DNA of 64,000 nt, taken from positions 1-64,000 of IMG/VR virus record IMGVR_UViG_3300032282_001105, one strand, 5' to 3'. The stretch is from a virus. Numbering within the stretch: the first letter of the stretch is position 1; every line of letters begins with the position of its first letter. The notes under the pieces are model-generated. The model worked only from the letters and a program-made list of their open reading frames with translations. It did not search any database and was not told the DNA's origin. A program made the position numbers and the translations under genes. Below, one piece after another: positions 50,040-60,885 of the stretch.

Positions 50040-51560
50040 ATGGCAAGAGATTATAGCAAAAAAGAAACATACAAAGAGTTTAAGATTAGAGTCATCGATG
50101 ATGTATCTAAAACATATTGTGGGGCTAAATGGTATAATGCTACCATATGGTTGGGACATGGGCAAACTACAAGTTGCCATCACCCACCGGCACACAAAAT
50201 TGATATTAAAGAGATTGAAACAAATCCTTCTGCTATTCATAATACCCCTCATAAAAAATTAATGCGTAAGTTAATGCAAGAGGGGGAACGCCCTAATGAG
50301 TGTGAATACTGCTGGAAAGTAGAAGATATGAACCGAGACGCAGTTTCGGATCGTGTATTTAAAACTCATATCTATTCTGATGAAGATATCTATGCTAGTG
50401 CCAAGATGCCGTGGAATGCTGATGTTGAATTAAAAACTTTAGAAATCAGTTTTGACCGTACGTGTAATTTTGCTTGCTCATACTGTAACCCTGCATTCAG
50501 TACTAGTTGGGTACGTGATATTAAAAAACACGGTTCTTACAAAAATATCTTGTCTGATGGCCGTGGTCACTTTATTGATACAGCACCTTGGGCGGCTAGT
50601 GCAGGTGAATCAGATGATGACAATCCATACATTCAAGCATTCTGGAAGTGGTGGAATAGTTCATTACAAGATAACTTAGAAGAAATTCGTATTACAGGTG
50701 GTGAGCCATTAATGGCTCCTTCTGTTTGGAAGCTGTTTGAATGGTTTAAAGATAATCCAGAGAAGGCTAAAAAATTACGATTTGCAGTTAATAGTAATTT
50801 AGTTCCTAAGAAAGAAATTTTAGATAAACTAATTGAGATGAGTCATTTTGTACCACACTTAGAGATTTATACGAGTGGTGAAGCAAAAGGCCCACATAGC
50901 GAATACATACGTGATGGTATGGAATATAAACAATGGTGGGAAAATCTACATAGATTACATACTGAGGGTAATATTCATTCTACACATATGATGATGACTA
51001 TCAATAGTTTGTGTCTTGCTAGTATTACTGAATTTATGGATGACGTATTAGAATTCAAACGTACACATAACACACGTAGTCCAACTATGAGTTTAAATAT
51101 TTTACGTTTCCCTAGTTTCCAAAGTTGTGCTATCTTACCAGATAGTATGAAACAGCATTATAAAGAAAAATTGCAAGCTTGGTATGATGAACAGTTAGCA
51201 AAAGATGAACGTGTTAACATTGGTTGGATGGCTCCTATTCTTACAGAGGGTGAAAAGAATCAAATTGAACGTTTGATTGAATATCTTGATGTAGTTAAAA
51301 CACCTCATCGTAATACAGCAGAACAACCTAAGTTATATAATGACTTCAGGGCATTCTATGAACAGTATGATGAACGTAGAGGTAAAAACTTTAGAGCTAC
51401 ATTCCCTCAAGATTATGTTGATTTCATTAATAGTTGTGAAATTATTGGCGGTGATAGTATTCGAGGCGAAGATCCTGCAACAACAGAAGCTGGTTATGTG
51501 AGTGATGAAGTAGCACACGGTTGGGATGTTGATAACGACAGTTTGGGAAAAAATGTTTAA
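50040..51560 (+). CDS. Radical SAM enzyme 3 of 10 (CxAKW subtype; close paralog of 2)
   Basis: CGAKW..SCHHPP..CEYCW; CNFACSYC; TGGEP. Confidence 0.92.
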   Translation: MARDYSKKETYKEFKIRVIDDVSKTYCGAKWYNATIWLGHGQTTSCHHPPAHKIDIKEIETNPSAIHNTPHKKLMRKLMQEGERPNECEYCWKVEDMNRDAVSDRVFKTHIYSDEDIYASAKMPWNADVELKTLEISFDRTCNFACSYCNPAFSTSWVRDIKKHGSYKNILSDGRGHFIDTAPWAASAGESDDDNPYIQAFWKWWNSSLQDNLEEIRITGGEPLMAPSVWKLFEWFKDNPEKAKKLRFAVNSNLVPKKEILDKLIEMSHFVPHLEIYTSGEAKGPHSEYIRDGMEYKQWWENLHRLHTEGNIHSTHMMMTINSLCLASITEFMDDVLEFKRTHNTRSPTMSLNILRFPSFQSCAILPDSMKQHYKEKLQAWYDEQLAKDERVNIGWMAPILTEGEKNQIERLIEYLDVVKTPHRNTAEQPKLYNDFRAFYEQYDERRGKNFRATFPQDYVDFINSCEIIGGDSIRGEDPATTEAGYVSDEVAHGWDVDNDSLGKNV

Positions 51561-52774
51561 TGGATAGTACTACATATTGTCCTATGCCATGGATGCATTT
51601 GCACGTTTCTGTAACAGGAGGTGTGCAACCTTGCTGTATTGGGAAACAAATAGGAGATATACAAAAAAATAGTTTAGAAGATATTTGGAATAATGATGAG
51701 ATGAAAGATATTCGTCTAAAGATGTTAAACAATGAAAAACCTAAACAATGTTCTGAATGCTATAATCGTGAAGATTTAGGCTCTGCGTCACTTAGAATAA
51801 CCTCAATACATAACTACGCAAATTTAGTTGACCCTATCAATGACACACAAGCTGATGGATCATTAACAGAAATGAAATTACGTTATGTTGATTTTAGATT
51901 CAATAATCTTTGTAATTTTAAATGTAGAATTTGTAACCCAGTGTACAGTTCAAACATAGGCTCAGAAATAGTAAACTTTCACAAAATAGATTTAATAAAC
52001 GTTGTCAATAAGAATGGTCCAATCCTATATGAGGAAATGAAAAAGCAATATGATAATGTTAAAAAGATATATTTTGCAGGTGGCGAACCTATTATGCAAC
52101 GGGAACATTTTCAAGTACTAAAAGATTTAATTGAAAGCGATAGAGCAAAAGACATTGAATTGATTTATAGCACTAATGGGAGTAGATTTAAAAATGGTTT
52201 GGGCAATATGTTTGAATATTGGTCTCATTTTAAAAAAGTAGAAATAGTATTCTCATTAGATGGATATGGTTCTGCCGCAGAATATTGGCGTTCGGGCACA
52301 AATTGGGAAGAAGTAGAAGAAAATATAAAACATACAAAAAACTATCCTAATATTGTAGTAAAAGTCAATAGCGTAATAGGTTGGCCTAATATTTTTAATT
52401 GGATTAATTTTATAAAATATGCGTTAGAGACAGAGTTAATTGACGATCTTTTAAGTGCAATTGAAGTTATCCCTATTAATGATCCATATTGTTATGCACT
52501 AAGCGGTGTTCCTGAATTTAAGAAAAAAGAAATTATCAATGAATTAGAAAAATTTAAATATTACGTATGGGCATTTGCTTCACGTGTAAAATATACAAAA
52601 CCCGCAGATTTATTAATGTGCATAGATGTTTTAATTAAAAGTGTAAACATTTCTGATACGCCATTTATAAAAAAACATTTCATAGTAAAAAATACAAAAC
52701 TAGATACTTGGAGGGGTGAAGATTTCTTTACCGCATTTCCAGAACACGAAGATATGAGACCTTATATAACATGA
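51560..52774 (+). CDS. Radical SAM enzyme 4 of 10 (CxxPW...CC subtype)
   Basis: CPMPW..QPCC..CSEC; CNFKCRIC; AGGEP; SLDG. Confidence 0.92.
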   Translation: MDSTTYCPMPWMHLHVSVTGGVQPCCIGKQIGDIQKNSLEDIWNNDEMKDIRLKMLNNEKPKQCSECYNREDLGSASLRITSIHNYANLVDPINDTQADGSLTEMKLRYVDFRFNNLCNFKCRICNPVYSSNIGSEIVNFHKIDLINVVNKNGPILYEEMKKQYDNVKKIYFAGGEPIMQREHFQVLKDLIESDRAKDIELIYSTNGSRFKNGLGNMFEYWSHFKKVEIVFSLDGYGSAAEYWRSGTNWEEVEENIKHTKNYPNIVVKVNSVIGWPNIFNWINFIKYALETELIDDLLSAIEVIPINDPYCYALSGVPEFKKKEIINELEKFKYYVWAFASRVKYTKPADLLMCIDVLIKSVNISDTPFIKKHFIVKNTKLDTWRGEDFFTAFPEHEDMRPYIT

Positions 52775-54153
52775 ATAAAATAGTACCTATATGGGAACAC
52801 GGACGAATTAGTCCAGATAGTCCTAATAAAGTTTTCTGTATGGCTCCTTGGACACATACTTACATATCACCTCAATCTGAACGTAGAATGTGTTGTGCTT
52901 CACGTGAGGAACATAGCTTTCAAAAGCAATATATTGATAGTAGCAATGATTCAAAGTATGGAGCTGTTACTGAGAGTAAAACAGCATTAGATGATTATAA
53001 TCCAGTTTCATTAAAAGAACATTGGAATAGTGATTATATGAAAAATATACGCCGCAAATTAATGGCTGGTGAAGAAATACCACAATGTGATGTATGTAAC
53101 AAAGACTTGTTAAGTCAAAGTTCATATCGTCAGTGGTTTACTGGTAATTTGTTTATGGATAAGATACAAGAGGCATTCGATAAAACAGATGATACTGGAC
53201 ATACAACTATGGAAGCAATCAGTTTTGATTATCGTTTCAGTAATCTATGTAATTTTAAATGTCGTATGTGCGGTGAACAATTAAGTTCTACTTGGGAAAC
53301 TGAGAAAAAGATTAACAATCTTTGGAGCCCAAAGAATCAATCATTTATGATTCCAGAAATTAAATCTGCTATGCAAACATTCCAAGATGAAGTCGTAGAG
53401 CCTGAATTCCGTGATGCGATTAGTCGTGGTATAGTAGAAGAATGCTATTGGGTAGGCGGTGAACCGTTAATGTACGATGTTCATTGGTGGGCATTAGAAG
53501 AAATGCTAAAGAACGGGTCAGCAAAAGATTGTTATATGCGTTATAATAGCAATTTAAGTCGTGTACAGTTCGGTCAAAAAAATCTATACGACTATCTACC
53601 TCACTTTAAAGATTGGTTAATGTGTGCAAGTATTGATGGCACGGGTAAGATAGGTGAATATATTCGTACAGGTTTAAAATGGGATCAATGGTTAGAAAAT
53701 TTTAAACAGGGACTTGAGTTACCGGGCGGTCATGATAAAATGATGATTGACTTGACCATCACAGGTCCGGGTATGTTCAGTCTTAAAGATTTGTTTGACT
53801 TAAGTCAGGAACTTGATGTACGTATTGAAACTAAGATTATGTTTGCCTTTCACGCAGATATAATGTTTACTGCAATGGCTTGGCCAAGACATATATTAAA
53901 TAATATAATTGATGATTTGCTAGCGTATATGGAGCCAAAAGCAACACGTAAACAAGAAACATTAATTAACACACTAAAGTCTATGAAAACTAGACAAAAT
54001 CACGAAGAAGCGTTTCCAGAAACATATAAAACGGCTGCATTGAATGGTAAAAATTGGCTAAAAAGATTGGAGATCATTCGCAAAGATACATATACTATTG
54101 AAGATATATATTCTGAAAATAAAGAACTAATAACATGGTGGAACAACATATGA
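52771..54153 (+). CDS. Radical SAM enzyme 5 of 10 (CxxPW...CC subtype)
   Basis: CMAPW..MCC..CDVC; CNFKCRMC; VGGEP; SIDG. Confidence 0.92.
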   Translation: MNKIVPIWEHGRISPDSPNKVFCMAPWTHTYISPQSERRMCCASREEHSFQKQYIDSSNDSKYGAVTESKTALDDYNPVSLKEHWNSDYMKNIRRKLMAGEEIPQCDVCNKDLLSQSSYRQWFTGNLFMDKIQEAFDKTDDTGHTTMEAISFDYRFSNLCNFKCRMCGEQLSSTWETEKKINNLWSPKNQSFMIPEIKSAMQTFQDEVVEPEFRDAISRGIVEECYWVGGEPLMYDVHWWALEEMLKNGSAKDCYMRYNSNLSRVQFGQKNLYDYLPHFKDWLMCASIDGTGKIGEYIRTGLKWDQWLENFKQGLELPGGHDKMMIDLTITGPGMFSLKDLFDLSQELDVRIETKIMFAFHADIMFTAMAWPRHILNNIIDDLLAYMEPKATRKQETLINTLKSMKTRQNHEEAFPETYKTAALNGKNWLKRLEIIRKDTYTIEDIYSENKELITWWNNI

Positions 54154-55412
54154 ACGAAACTAAAAAGGTATTTCCTATTAATACCGCAACTGCTTGTCAA
54201 TACAAATGGACTTGGAGTACAATCTATCTATCGCAGGGACAAACTAATAGTTGTCACCGAGTTGGTGGCGGGCATTTAGACGCTTGGAACTTTAAGAACT
54301 TTCATAACTTGCCCGAAAAAATACGTGATAGAAAATTGATGTTAGAGGGTAAATGGCCTGATAATGAATGTAACTATTGTAAACGTATTGAAGACGCGGG
54401 TGGACTAAGTGAACGTAACGGATACATTAATACGTTGGATATGGTTCCACCTGAATTGGATACTGATCCGACAGCAGTTGAAGTTACTCCTCGTATTTTA
54501 GAGATTTACTTTAGTAACTTGTGTAATCAGTCTTGTGTCTACTGTTCACCTATGTTCAGTTCTGTAATTGAGAATGAGTTACGTAAACACGGCCCGTTAA
54601 GCAAACGTTATTTCTTAGATGGTACTTGGGAACAAAATCCTTTATATGAACAGTGGAAGCGTGAGTTCTGGGAATGGATGCACGAAAACTCAACACACTT
54701 ATATGATTTCCAAGTACTTGGTGGTGAGCCAATGTTCCAACCAGAGTTTCAAGAGTGTTTAGACTTTTTTGAAGAAACAGAAAATCCTAACTTGAATTGG
54801 AAAATGTTTAGTAATTTAAAACACGACCATGAACAGTTTAAAGTAAAAATCAACAAGATGGCTTCATTAATTCAACGTAAGAAAATGAAACGTATTGAAA
54901 TTGTTGCTAGTATTGATTGCTGGGGAGATGAACAAGAATACGCTAGAAATGGTATGAGTTTAGCTAATTGGGAAAAGAACTTTAACTACTTGTTAGAAGT
55001 ACCTGAAATTAGTATATTCATTCAATCTACTATCTCTCCTATTACTGCACCTACTGCATATCAATTAGTAGATAAAGTAATTGAGTGGAATAAGAAAAAA
55101 CAAATTCATCAAGGTTGGAATGTTGTCGCTAACCCTCCATTCTTAGATCCAAGTGTGTTTGGTCATTACTTGACAGACTATATGGACAAGTTAGCAGAAT
55201 CAGCACAGTCATTGAAACGTCCGCATTTCCCTGACATTAGTTATTTGGATGGATTCGTAACTCAAATTAAGAGTGCACCGGTTAACCTTGAAATGATGCG
55301 TGAGTTAAGAGATTACTTAGATGGTCTTGATGCACGTAGAAATCAAAATTGGCGTAGTATCTATCCTTGGATGGATGAGATTATGACTAAAGAATTGGGA
55401 CCTAAAGAATGA
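54150..55412 (+). CDS. Radical SAM enzyme 6 of 10 (CxxKW subtype; start at ATGA overlap 54150)
   Basis: CQYKW..SCHR..CNYC; CNQSCVYC; LGGEP; SIDC. Confidence 0.9.
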   Translation: MNETKKVFPINTATACQYKWTWSTIYLSQGQTNSCHRVGGGHLDAWNFKNFHNLPEKIRDRKLMLEGKWPDNECNYCKRIEDAGGLSERNGYINTLDMVPPELDTDPTAVEVTPRILEIYFSNLCNQSCVYCSPMFSSVIENELRKHGPLSKRYFLDGTWEQNPLYEQWKREFWEWMHENSTHLYDFQVLGGEPMFQPEFQECLDFFEETENPNLNWKMFSNLKHDHEQFKVKINKMASLIQRKKMKRIEIVASIDCWGDEQEYARNGMSLANWEKNFNYLLEVPEISIFIQSTISPITAPTAYQLVDKVIEWNKKKQIHQGWNVVANPPFLDPSVFGHYLTDYMDKLAESAQSLKRPHFPDISYLDGFVTQIKSAPVNLEMMRELRDYLDGLDARRNQNWRSIYPWMDEIMTKELGPKE

Positions 55413-56599
55413 GTACATACTGCTCACTTCCTTGGATACACTTAGCAACGCACCCTCACGGGGGTGCGACTCTTTGCTGTGTAAGTGACCATAGAAATGC
55501 GGCAAGTAGTGCAAGAAATTTTGAACCATTACGTTACTTAGATGTAAATTCATCTACGATTGACAACATAATGAATAGTGATTACTTTAAGCAAACCAGA
55601 TTGGAAATGCTGAATAATCAAGTTCCGCACGCCTGCCAACGTTGTTTTACTGAAGAATCAAATGGTGTACGCAGTAAGCGAGTAGAAGAAAATGAAAGAC
55701 TAGGTTTTACTGAAGATATGGCACGTGCTATTACACGAAGTGATGGTACTATTCCTGTTAATTTTAAATTTGTTGAGTTACGTTTGGGTAACCTGTGTAA
55801 TCTTAAATGTAGAACCTGTAACCCAATGAGTAGTACTAATTGGATTCAGCCATATCAAAAACTACAAGAAGAATTAAAGTTTGTTACTCACTATGATAGA
55901 AAGATTAACAGTTCTTGGACAGAGAGTGATGAATTCTGGGATGACTTATTTCAACATAGCGAAGATTTACAGTTAATATATGTTAACGGTGGTGAACCTA
56001 CATTGGTTGAAAAGCATTGGAAATATTTAGAAGAACTTATTAAACGTGGGTTAAACAAGCAAATTACCTTATGGTATAATATCAATATGACTAACTTGCC
56101 TGACGATCTTATTGAATTGTGGAAACAATTTAAAAAAGTTCAGGTTACTTGTAGTATAGATGATTTGGGTGAACGCAATGATTATATTCGTGCAGGATCT
56201 GAATGGGATACTATAATTAATAACTTAGATAAGATACAGTCTTATCCTTGGATTGAAGCTAGCGTATGTCAAACAGTAAGTTGGATGAATGTTTATTATA
56301 TCAATGATTTTATAAAATATATGCGTTCACGCAACCTGCACGTACATTTAAATTATGTATACGATCCGGAGTTTTTATCACTTAAAGCATTGCCTGTACA
56401 TTTGAAACAAATTGTATTAGATAGATGTACTGATTTAAACGAGTGGGAATTGAACAGCTTGCGTAGTCAATTTATTGACCAACCTGATATGACAGTATTT
56501 CGTCAAGGTGTTGAATATAACAATTGGTTAGACAATAACAATCGCACTTCATTTGCTAAAGTGTTTCCAGAATGGTATGAAATACTTAAAGGCGTTTAA
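55409..56599 (+). CDS. Radical SAM enzyme 7 of 10 (CxxPW...CC subtype)
   Basis: CSLPW..LCC..CQRC; CNLKCRTC; NGGEP; SIDD. Confidence 0.92.
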   Translation: MSTYCSLPWIHLATHPHGGATLCCVSDHRNAASSARNFEPLRYLDVNSSTIDNIMNSDYFKQTRLEMLNNQVPHACQRCFTEESNGVRSKRVEENERLGFTEDMARAITRSDGTIPVNFKFVELRLGNLCNLKCRTCNPMSSTNWIQPYQKLQEELKFVTHYDRKINSSWTESDEFWDDLFQHSEDLQLIYVNGGEPTLVEKHWKYLEELIKRGLNKQITLWYNINMTNLPDDLIELWKQFKKVQVTCSIDDLGERNDYIRAGSEWDTIINNLDKIQSYPWIEASVCQTVSWMNVYYINDFIKYMRSRNLHVHLNYVYDPEFLSLKALPVHLKQIVLDRCTDLNEWELNSLRSQFIDQPDMTVFRQGVEYNNWLDNNNRTSFAKVFPEWYEILKGV

Positions 56600-57763
56600 A
56601 TGGATTTAACTAGATTTAAAGAGTGCCCTGCAATAAAAAATTCAGTATATGTAGATAATCAAAGCAAGGTAGCACCTTGCTGTTATTTTAAATCTAAACT
56701 ACCAATTGAAGTGTTAAGTGATTGGAACAACTACCAAACTGAGCTTGCAAAAATTGATATAGAGACAGGTTGTGAGCATTGCATTAAATTAGAAAATTCC
56801 GGAGTAGAAGAATCACATCGCAATCGTTTTGTGCATAGATATAAAAGTGTTCTTAAGAAAGATGAGCTAGAAATATCTATCAGTGTAGATAATGTATGCA
56901 ATCTTAAATGCACTACTTGCAATCCTATTAATAGTTCTTTATGGCTGGGTGACGCTATAAAATTAAACAGTTTAAACCCTAATTATAATTTAGATCAATT
57001 TTTATCAGGGTTTAAAGATGGGAACTTTAAGTTAGATATTTGTAAAAAGATAATTGAGTCATACGAAAAAGATATTACGGTTATTCTATATGGTGGAGAA
57101 CCCACAATCAATAACGCCGTCATTGACTTTTTAGAGTGGTTGACAGAATTACCTAATGCACATTTAATATCAATAACGTTTATAACAAATGGCACTACTG
57201 TTCCTAAAAATATTGAAAATTATATTAATAAATTTAAAATGATTGATATAAATTTAAGTCTTGATTCAATAAACGAAAGAAGCGATTTTTTGCGTTTCCG
57301 TAGTCAATGGAAAGAACTTGAACAGAACGCAATAGTTTATGATTTATTAGCTTTAAAGTATAAAAATTTTGAATATAGGATACATCTTACTTTATCATTG
57401 TTAAACGTTTATTATTTTTATGAATTTTGTAATTGGGTAAATAATACTTTAAACAACGTTGAAGTTATATTTACAAAGTTAATTGGACCTAGACACCTGT
57501 CTTTAGATTTATTGAATCCAAAACAAAAACAAATAGTGATAAATCATAATTTAAACTTACTTAATAAAATTGAATCTAAGGGTTTACAAAATATCAACCA
57601 GACAATTAAAAATTATGAACAAATGGTAGAAACTTACATAGCTGATGTATATAAAGATGGATTAACACCAACTTTAGATTTTTTAACTAACTTAGATGAT
57701 ATCCGATCTACTGCTTATAAAGTAACATTTCCTGAGATAGTAGAAATTTTAAATAATGAATAA
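56600..57763 (+). CDS. Radical SAM enzyme 8 of 10 (divergent CC subtype)
   Basis: CPAI..APCC..CEHC; CNLKCTTC; YGGEP; TNG; SLDS. Confidence 0.9.
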   Translation: MDLTRFKECPAIKNSVYVDNQSKVAPCCYFKSKLPIEVLSDWNNYQTELAKIDIETGCEHCIKLENSGVEESHRNRFVHRYKSVLKKDELEISISVDNVCNLKCTTCNPINSSLWLGDAIKLNSLNPNYNLDQFLSGFKDGNFKLDICKKIIESYEKDITVILYGGEPTINNAVIDFLEWLTELPNAHLISITFITNGTTVPKNIENYINKFKMIDINLSLDSINERSDFLRFRSQWKELEQNAIVYDLLALKYKNFEYRIHLTLSLLNVYYFYEFCNWVNNTLNNVEVIFTKLIGPRHLSLDLLNPKQKQIVINHNLNLLNKIESKGLQNINQTIKNYEQMVETYIADVYKDGLTPTLDFLTNLDDIRSTAYKVTFPEIVEILNNE

Positions 57764-58994
57764 GAAACTGTTACAAGACCTTAGAAATCAAACAAGTCAA
57801 ACATTATGTTTGGCTAAATTCCACGAATCTACTATATGGTTATACGAAAGTAAGATTGCAAGTTGCCATCATACACCTTTTCTGTTAACAGGCAATGATA
57901 CATTAACATTTTATAATCCTGAAGGTAGACGACAGCAACAGTATTCTATGCTTAAGGGTAATAAACCAGATGAATGCAACTATTGCTGGAAACTTGAAGC
58001 ACAAGATGTTGTTAGTGATAGAGAAAAGAAATCCCTAGCATTTAACTCATCATTAACAGCAGAACAATATTTAGATAAGACATATCCATTTAAACCCAAA
58101 GCACTTGAGCTTGCATTCCAGAACACGTGTAATTTAGCTTGTAGTTACTGTAGCCCTAGTTTTAGTACTGAATGGGAGAATGATATACGCTTGAAGGGCA
58201 ACTATGAGAATATCACTACTGATAAAAAGATGCATTACCAGCGCGGTATTGATAATCGCACTCCGGTAGATATGACATTGTTTTGGGAGTGGTTCAATGA
58301 TATTGCTCCTGAGTTAGAAAGTATACGTATCACAGGTGGCGAGCCACTATTACACGAAGATACATTTGCTACATTTGCTAAAATGATTGAGGTTAATCCT
58401 AATGTAGAATGTGTTGTGCATACAAATATGTGTCAGAAGCCATTGGTGGTACAACGTTTTATTGATGGTATCTCTAAGTTAAACAACGTAAGACTCAACA
58501 TAAGTAATGAAAGTGCAGGAGAGGTCGCAGAGTTTATACGTGATGGTATGGTATATAGTGATTGGCTTAGAAACGTAACTGAAGTAGCTAAAACAAAAGC
58601 TACTATGAGTATAAGCACTACAATAACACCTATATCATTACTAGCACTAGACCAATTATATTTGGATATTATTGATATACGCAAACAAACAGGTAAGAAA
58701 GTAGATATCTCAATTAACTTTGCTACATACCCTGAGTTTCAAAGCTTGGCTGCTTTGTCAAGTGAAGAACGTGCTTTCTATTTAAACAAGTATACTAAGT
58801 TTTTTGAATCTATTGATTCATTGTTATTAGATAGTGAACGACATTCTGTTCCTAGATTTTTAACAATGTTAGATCCTAAATTAACACATACAGACAACTT
58901 AGCATATAGAAAAGACTCTGACAGTTTTTTTAAACAATATGTAATTAGAAGAAACAAGTCAATCAATTTTGCAGAACAGATTGGAACAAGATGA
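57756..58994 (+). CDS. Radical SAM enzyme 9 of 10 (CxAK subtype)
   Basis: CLAKF..SCHH..CNYCW; CNLACSYC; TGGEP. Confidence 0.92.
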   Translation: MNKKLLQDLRNQTSQTLCLAKFHESTIWLYESKIASCHHTPFLLTGNDTLTFYNPEGRRQQQYSMLKGNKPDECNYCWKLEAQDVVSDREKKSLAFNSSLTAEQYLDKTYPFKPKALELAFQNTCNLACSYCSPSFSTEWENDIRLKGNYENITTDKKMHYQRGIDNRTPVDMTLFWEWFNDIAPELESIRITGGEPLLHEDTFATFAKMIEVNPNVECVVHTNMCQKPLVVQRFIDGISKLNNVRLNISNESAGEVAEFIRDGMVYSDWLRNVTEVAKTKATMSISTTITPISLLALDQLYLDIIDIRKQTGKKVDISINFATYPEFQSLAALSSEERAFYLNKYTKFFESIDSLLLDSERHSVPRFLTMLDPKLTHTDNLAYRKDSDSFFKQYVIRRNKSINFAEQIGTR

Positions 58995-60166
58995 AAGACG
59001 CACCAAAGAATTTATGTAGTCTATTATGGACAGGGTTTAGCAATGAACCTGATGGTCGTGTTCAACCTTGTTGTCTATATAAAGGATACATTGAAGAAGA
59101 TGGAAAGCCAATGTATGTACAAACACATTCAGTAGATGAAATATTTCATAGTAAATATATGAAAAACTTGCGTACACAGTTTAGAAATAATGAGCGTCCT
59201 GCAGGATGTAGCACGTGTTGGACTGACGAAGATAACAACTATGACAGTAAACGTGTAATATATAACACCAAGATACATCATAATTTTGGTATTAATTGGA
59301 CAATTGAGCCAGTTGAAATAACAGAGTTTCAACTTATCATTAGCAATAGTTGTAATTTAAAGTGTCGCAGTTGCACACCAAGCCATAGTAGTCAATGGCA
59401 ACAAGAAATGAAAATGTTAACTGGGTCTACTGGTTACGAAATGCCACACGGACAGTCAGCAGAAGAAGCCGGTAAATTATGGTTAGATAGACATCGTTGG
59501 TACAAGAATCTAAAACGTTTAGAAGTTGTAGGTGGAGAACCATTCTATGTTAAACAATGGCATACTATGTTCAATGAGTTAATTGATTTGGGTTATAGTA
59601 AAAACATTGATATTACATTAACAACTAATTGTACACTATTCTTTCCTGAGTTGATAACTAGAATAGCTGAAAATTTTAAATCAGTTTCGATTGGTTTGAG
59701 TATAGATGGCATAGGATCAACGTATGAATATATGAGACATTTGGGTAAATGGCCAATCGTGTATGATAATATGAAAAAATATCACGAATTGACTGATAGA
59801 ATTAATATTCAGTTAAACCTGACTATTAGTTGGCTGAATGTATTAGAAGTACCGGAGTTACACGAATTGATTAGTAATGAATTCCCTAAATTTAAAATAT
59901 GGAACAATCTTGTACATTATCCTCAGCATCTTTGTGTATGGGCAATACCTGAAGAATTAAAGAAAGCAGTATCGGATAAGTGGGATAAATATCAATGGAA
60001 AAACGAGTATAAAGATACTATGCAAGGTGTATTAAATTATATGAATAGCAAATCAACTACAAATGAAGAATTCAAAAAGAATTTAAAAATAATTTATAAG
60101 ACCGATGAATTTAGAAAAGAAAACATCACACAATCTATACCAGCACTACAGGAATTTTTAAAGTGA
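58991..60166 (+). CDS. Radical SAM enzyme 10 of 10 (CC subtype)
   Basis: CSLLW..QPCC..CSTCW; CNLKCRSC; VGGEP; SIDG. Confidence 0.92.
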   Translation: MKDAPKNLCSLLWTGFSNEPDGRVQPCCLYKGYIEEDGKPMYVQTHSVDEIFHSKYMKNLRTQFRNNERPAGCSTCWTDEDNNYDSKRVIYNTKIHHNFGINWTIEPVEITEFQLIISNSCNLKCRSCTPSHSSQWQQEMKMLTGSTGYEMPHGQSAEEAGKLWLDRHRWYKNLKRLEVVGGEPFYVKQWHTMFNELIDLGYSKNIDITLTTNCTLFFPELITRIAENFKSVSIGLSIDGIGSTYEYMRHLGKWPIVYDNMKKYHELTDRINIQLNLTISWLNVLEVPELHELISNEFPKFKIWNNLVHYPQHLCVWAIPEELKKAVSDKWDKYQWKNEYKDTMQGVLNYMNSKSTTNEEFKKNLKIIYKTDEFRKENITQSIPALQEFLK

Positions 60167-60885
60167 AGAATATTTTAGTTTTAGGAGATAGTTTTTCATA
60201 TGGTCAGGGTTGTTCAGACAGACCCACAACACGTGACGCAATAAGGGAAATAACACCTAGTGAATATTGCTGGCCATCTTTATTACGTAATGAATTGGAT
60301 CCAAAAGAATACAGAGTAATTAATTTGAGTAAAACCGGAAACTCATTACCGGGTATATTTTTAGATTTAATTCACTATGATGCCCATCATTCAAGTACAG
60401 ACCCTGTAAACTTAATTATATTTTCAGTCACTTCATTTGATAGACTATTAGTGGCAGACTCTGTAAAGCCGGATCTTACTACTAATTGGGTATTGAGTCA
60501 GGAATTTGAACTGAATGTTATATCAAAAGAATATGAAAACGCTAAACTTAGTTTTTTAAAATATTTATGGAATGATTCGTTATTATCTTTAAATGCAATA
60601 GTATACATTCACGCATTTTTTAGTTATGCAAAACTAAAAAATATTAAATGTTTATGGAGTACACCTGATAAACCAAATTTATATGGACAGGATAATTGGG
60701 TAGACTTTGTAAATGATTACTTTTTCGAACACCTATATAATTATGATTTTTCAGGAGAATACAATGATGCGTTTAATAAAACGTGTATTGTAGAAGATGG
60801 TCACCCTAATAATTTAGGACATCAATTGTACTATGAAAAAATAGTAAGACCTAAGATAATAAATTATATAAAGGAAAATCTATGA
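60163..60885 (+). CDS. SGNH/GDSL-family hydrolase or acyltransferase
   Basis: GDSFSYG block I, NLSKTGNS block II, DGHPN block V. Confidence 0.85.
   Translation: MKNILVLGDSFSYGQGCSDRPTTRDAIREITPSEYCWPSLLRNELDPKEYRVINLSKTGNSLPGIFLDLIHYDAHHSSTDPVNLIIFSVTSFDRLLVADSVKPDLTTNWVLSQEFELNVISKEYENAKLSFLKYLWNDSLLSLNAIVYIHAFFSYAKLKNIKCLWSTPDKPNLYGQDNWVDFVNDYFFEHLYNYDFSGEYNDAFNKTCIVEDGHPNNLGHQLYYEKIVRPKIINYIKENL

Noticed and set aside
47006-60166. Calling the radical SAMs NrdG, QueE, MoaA or viperin
   Set aside because: Their 387-521 aa size, N-terminal Cys domain and lack of partner genes (nrdD, queC/D, moaC) in the window do not fit.
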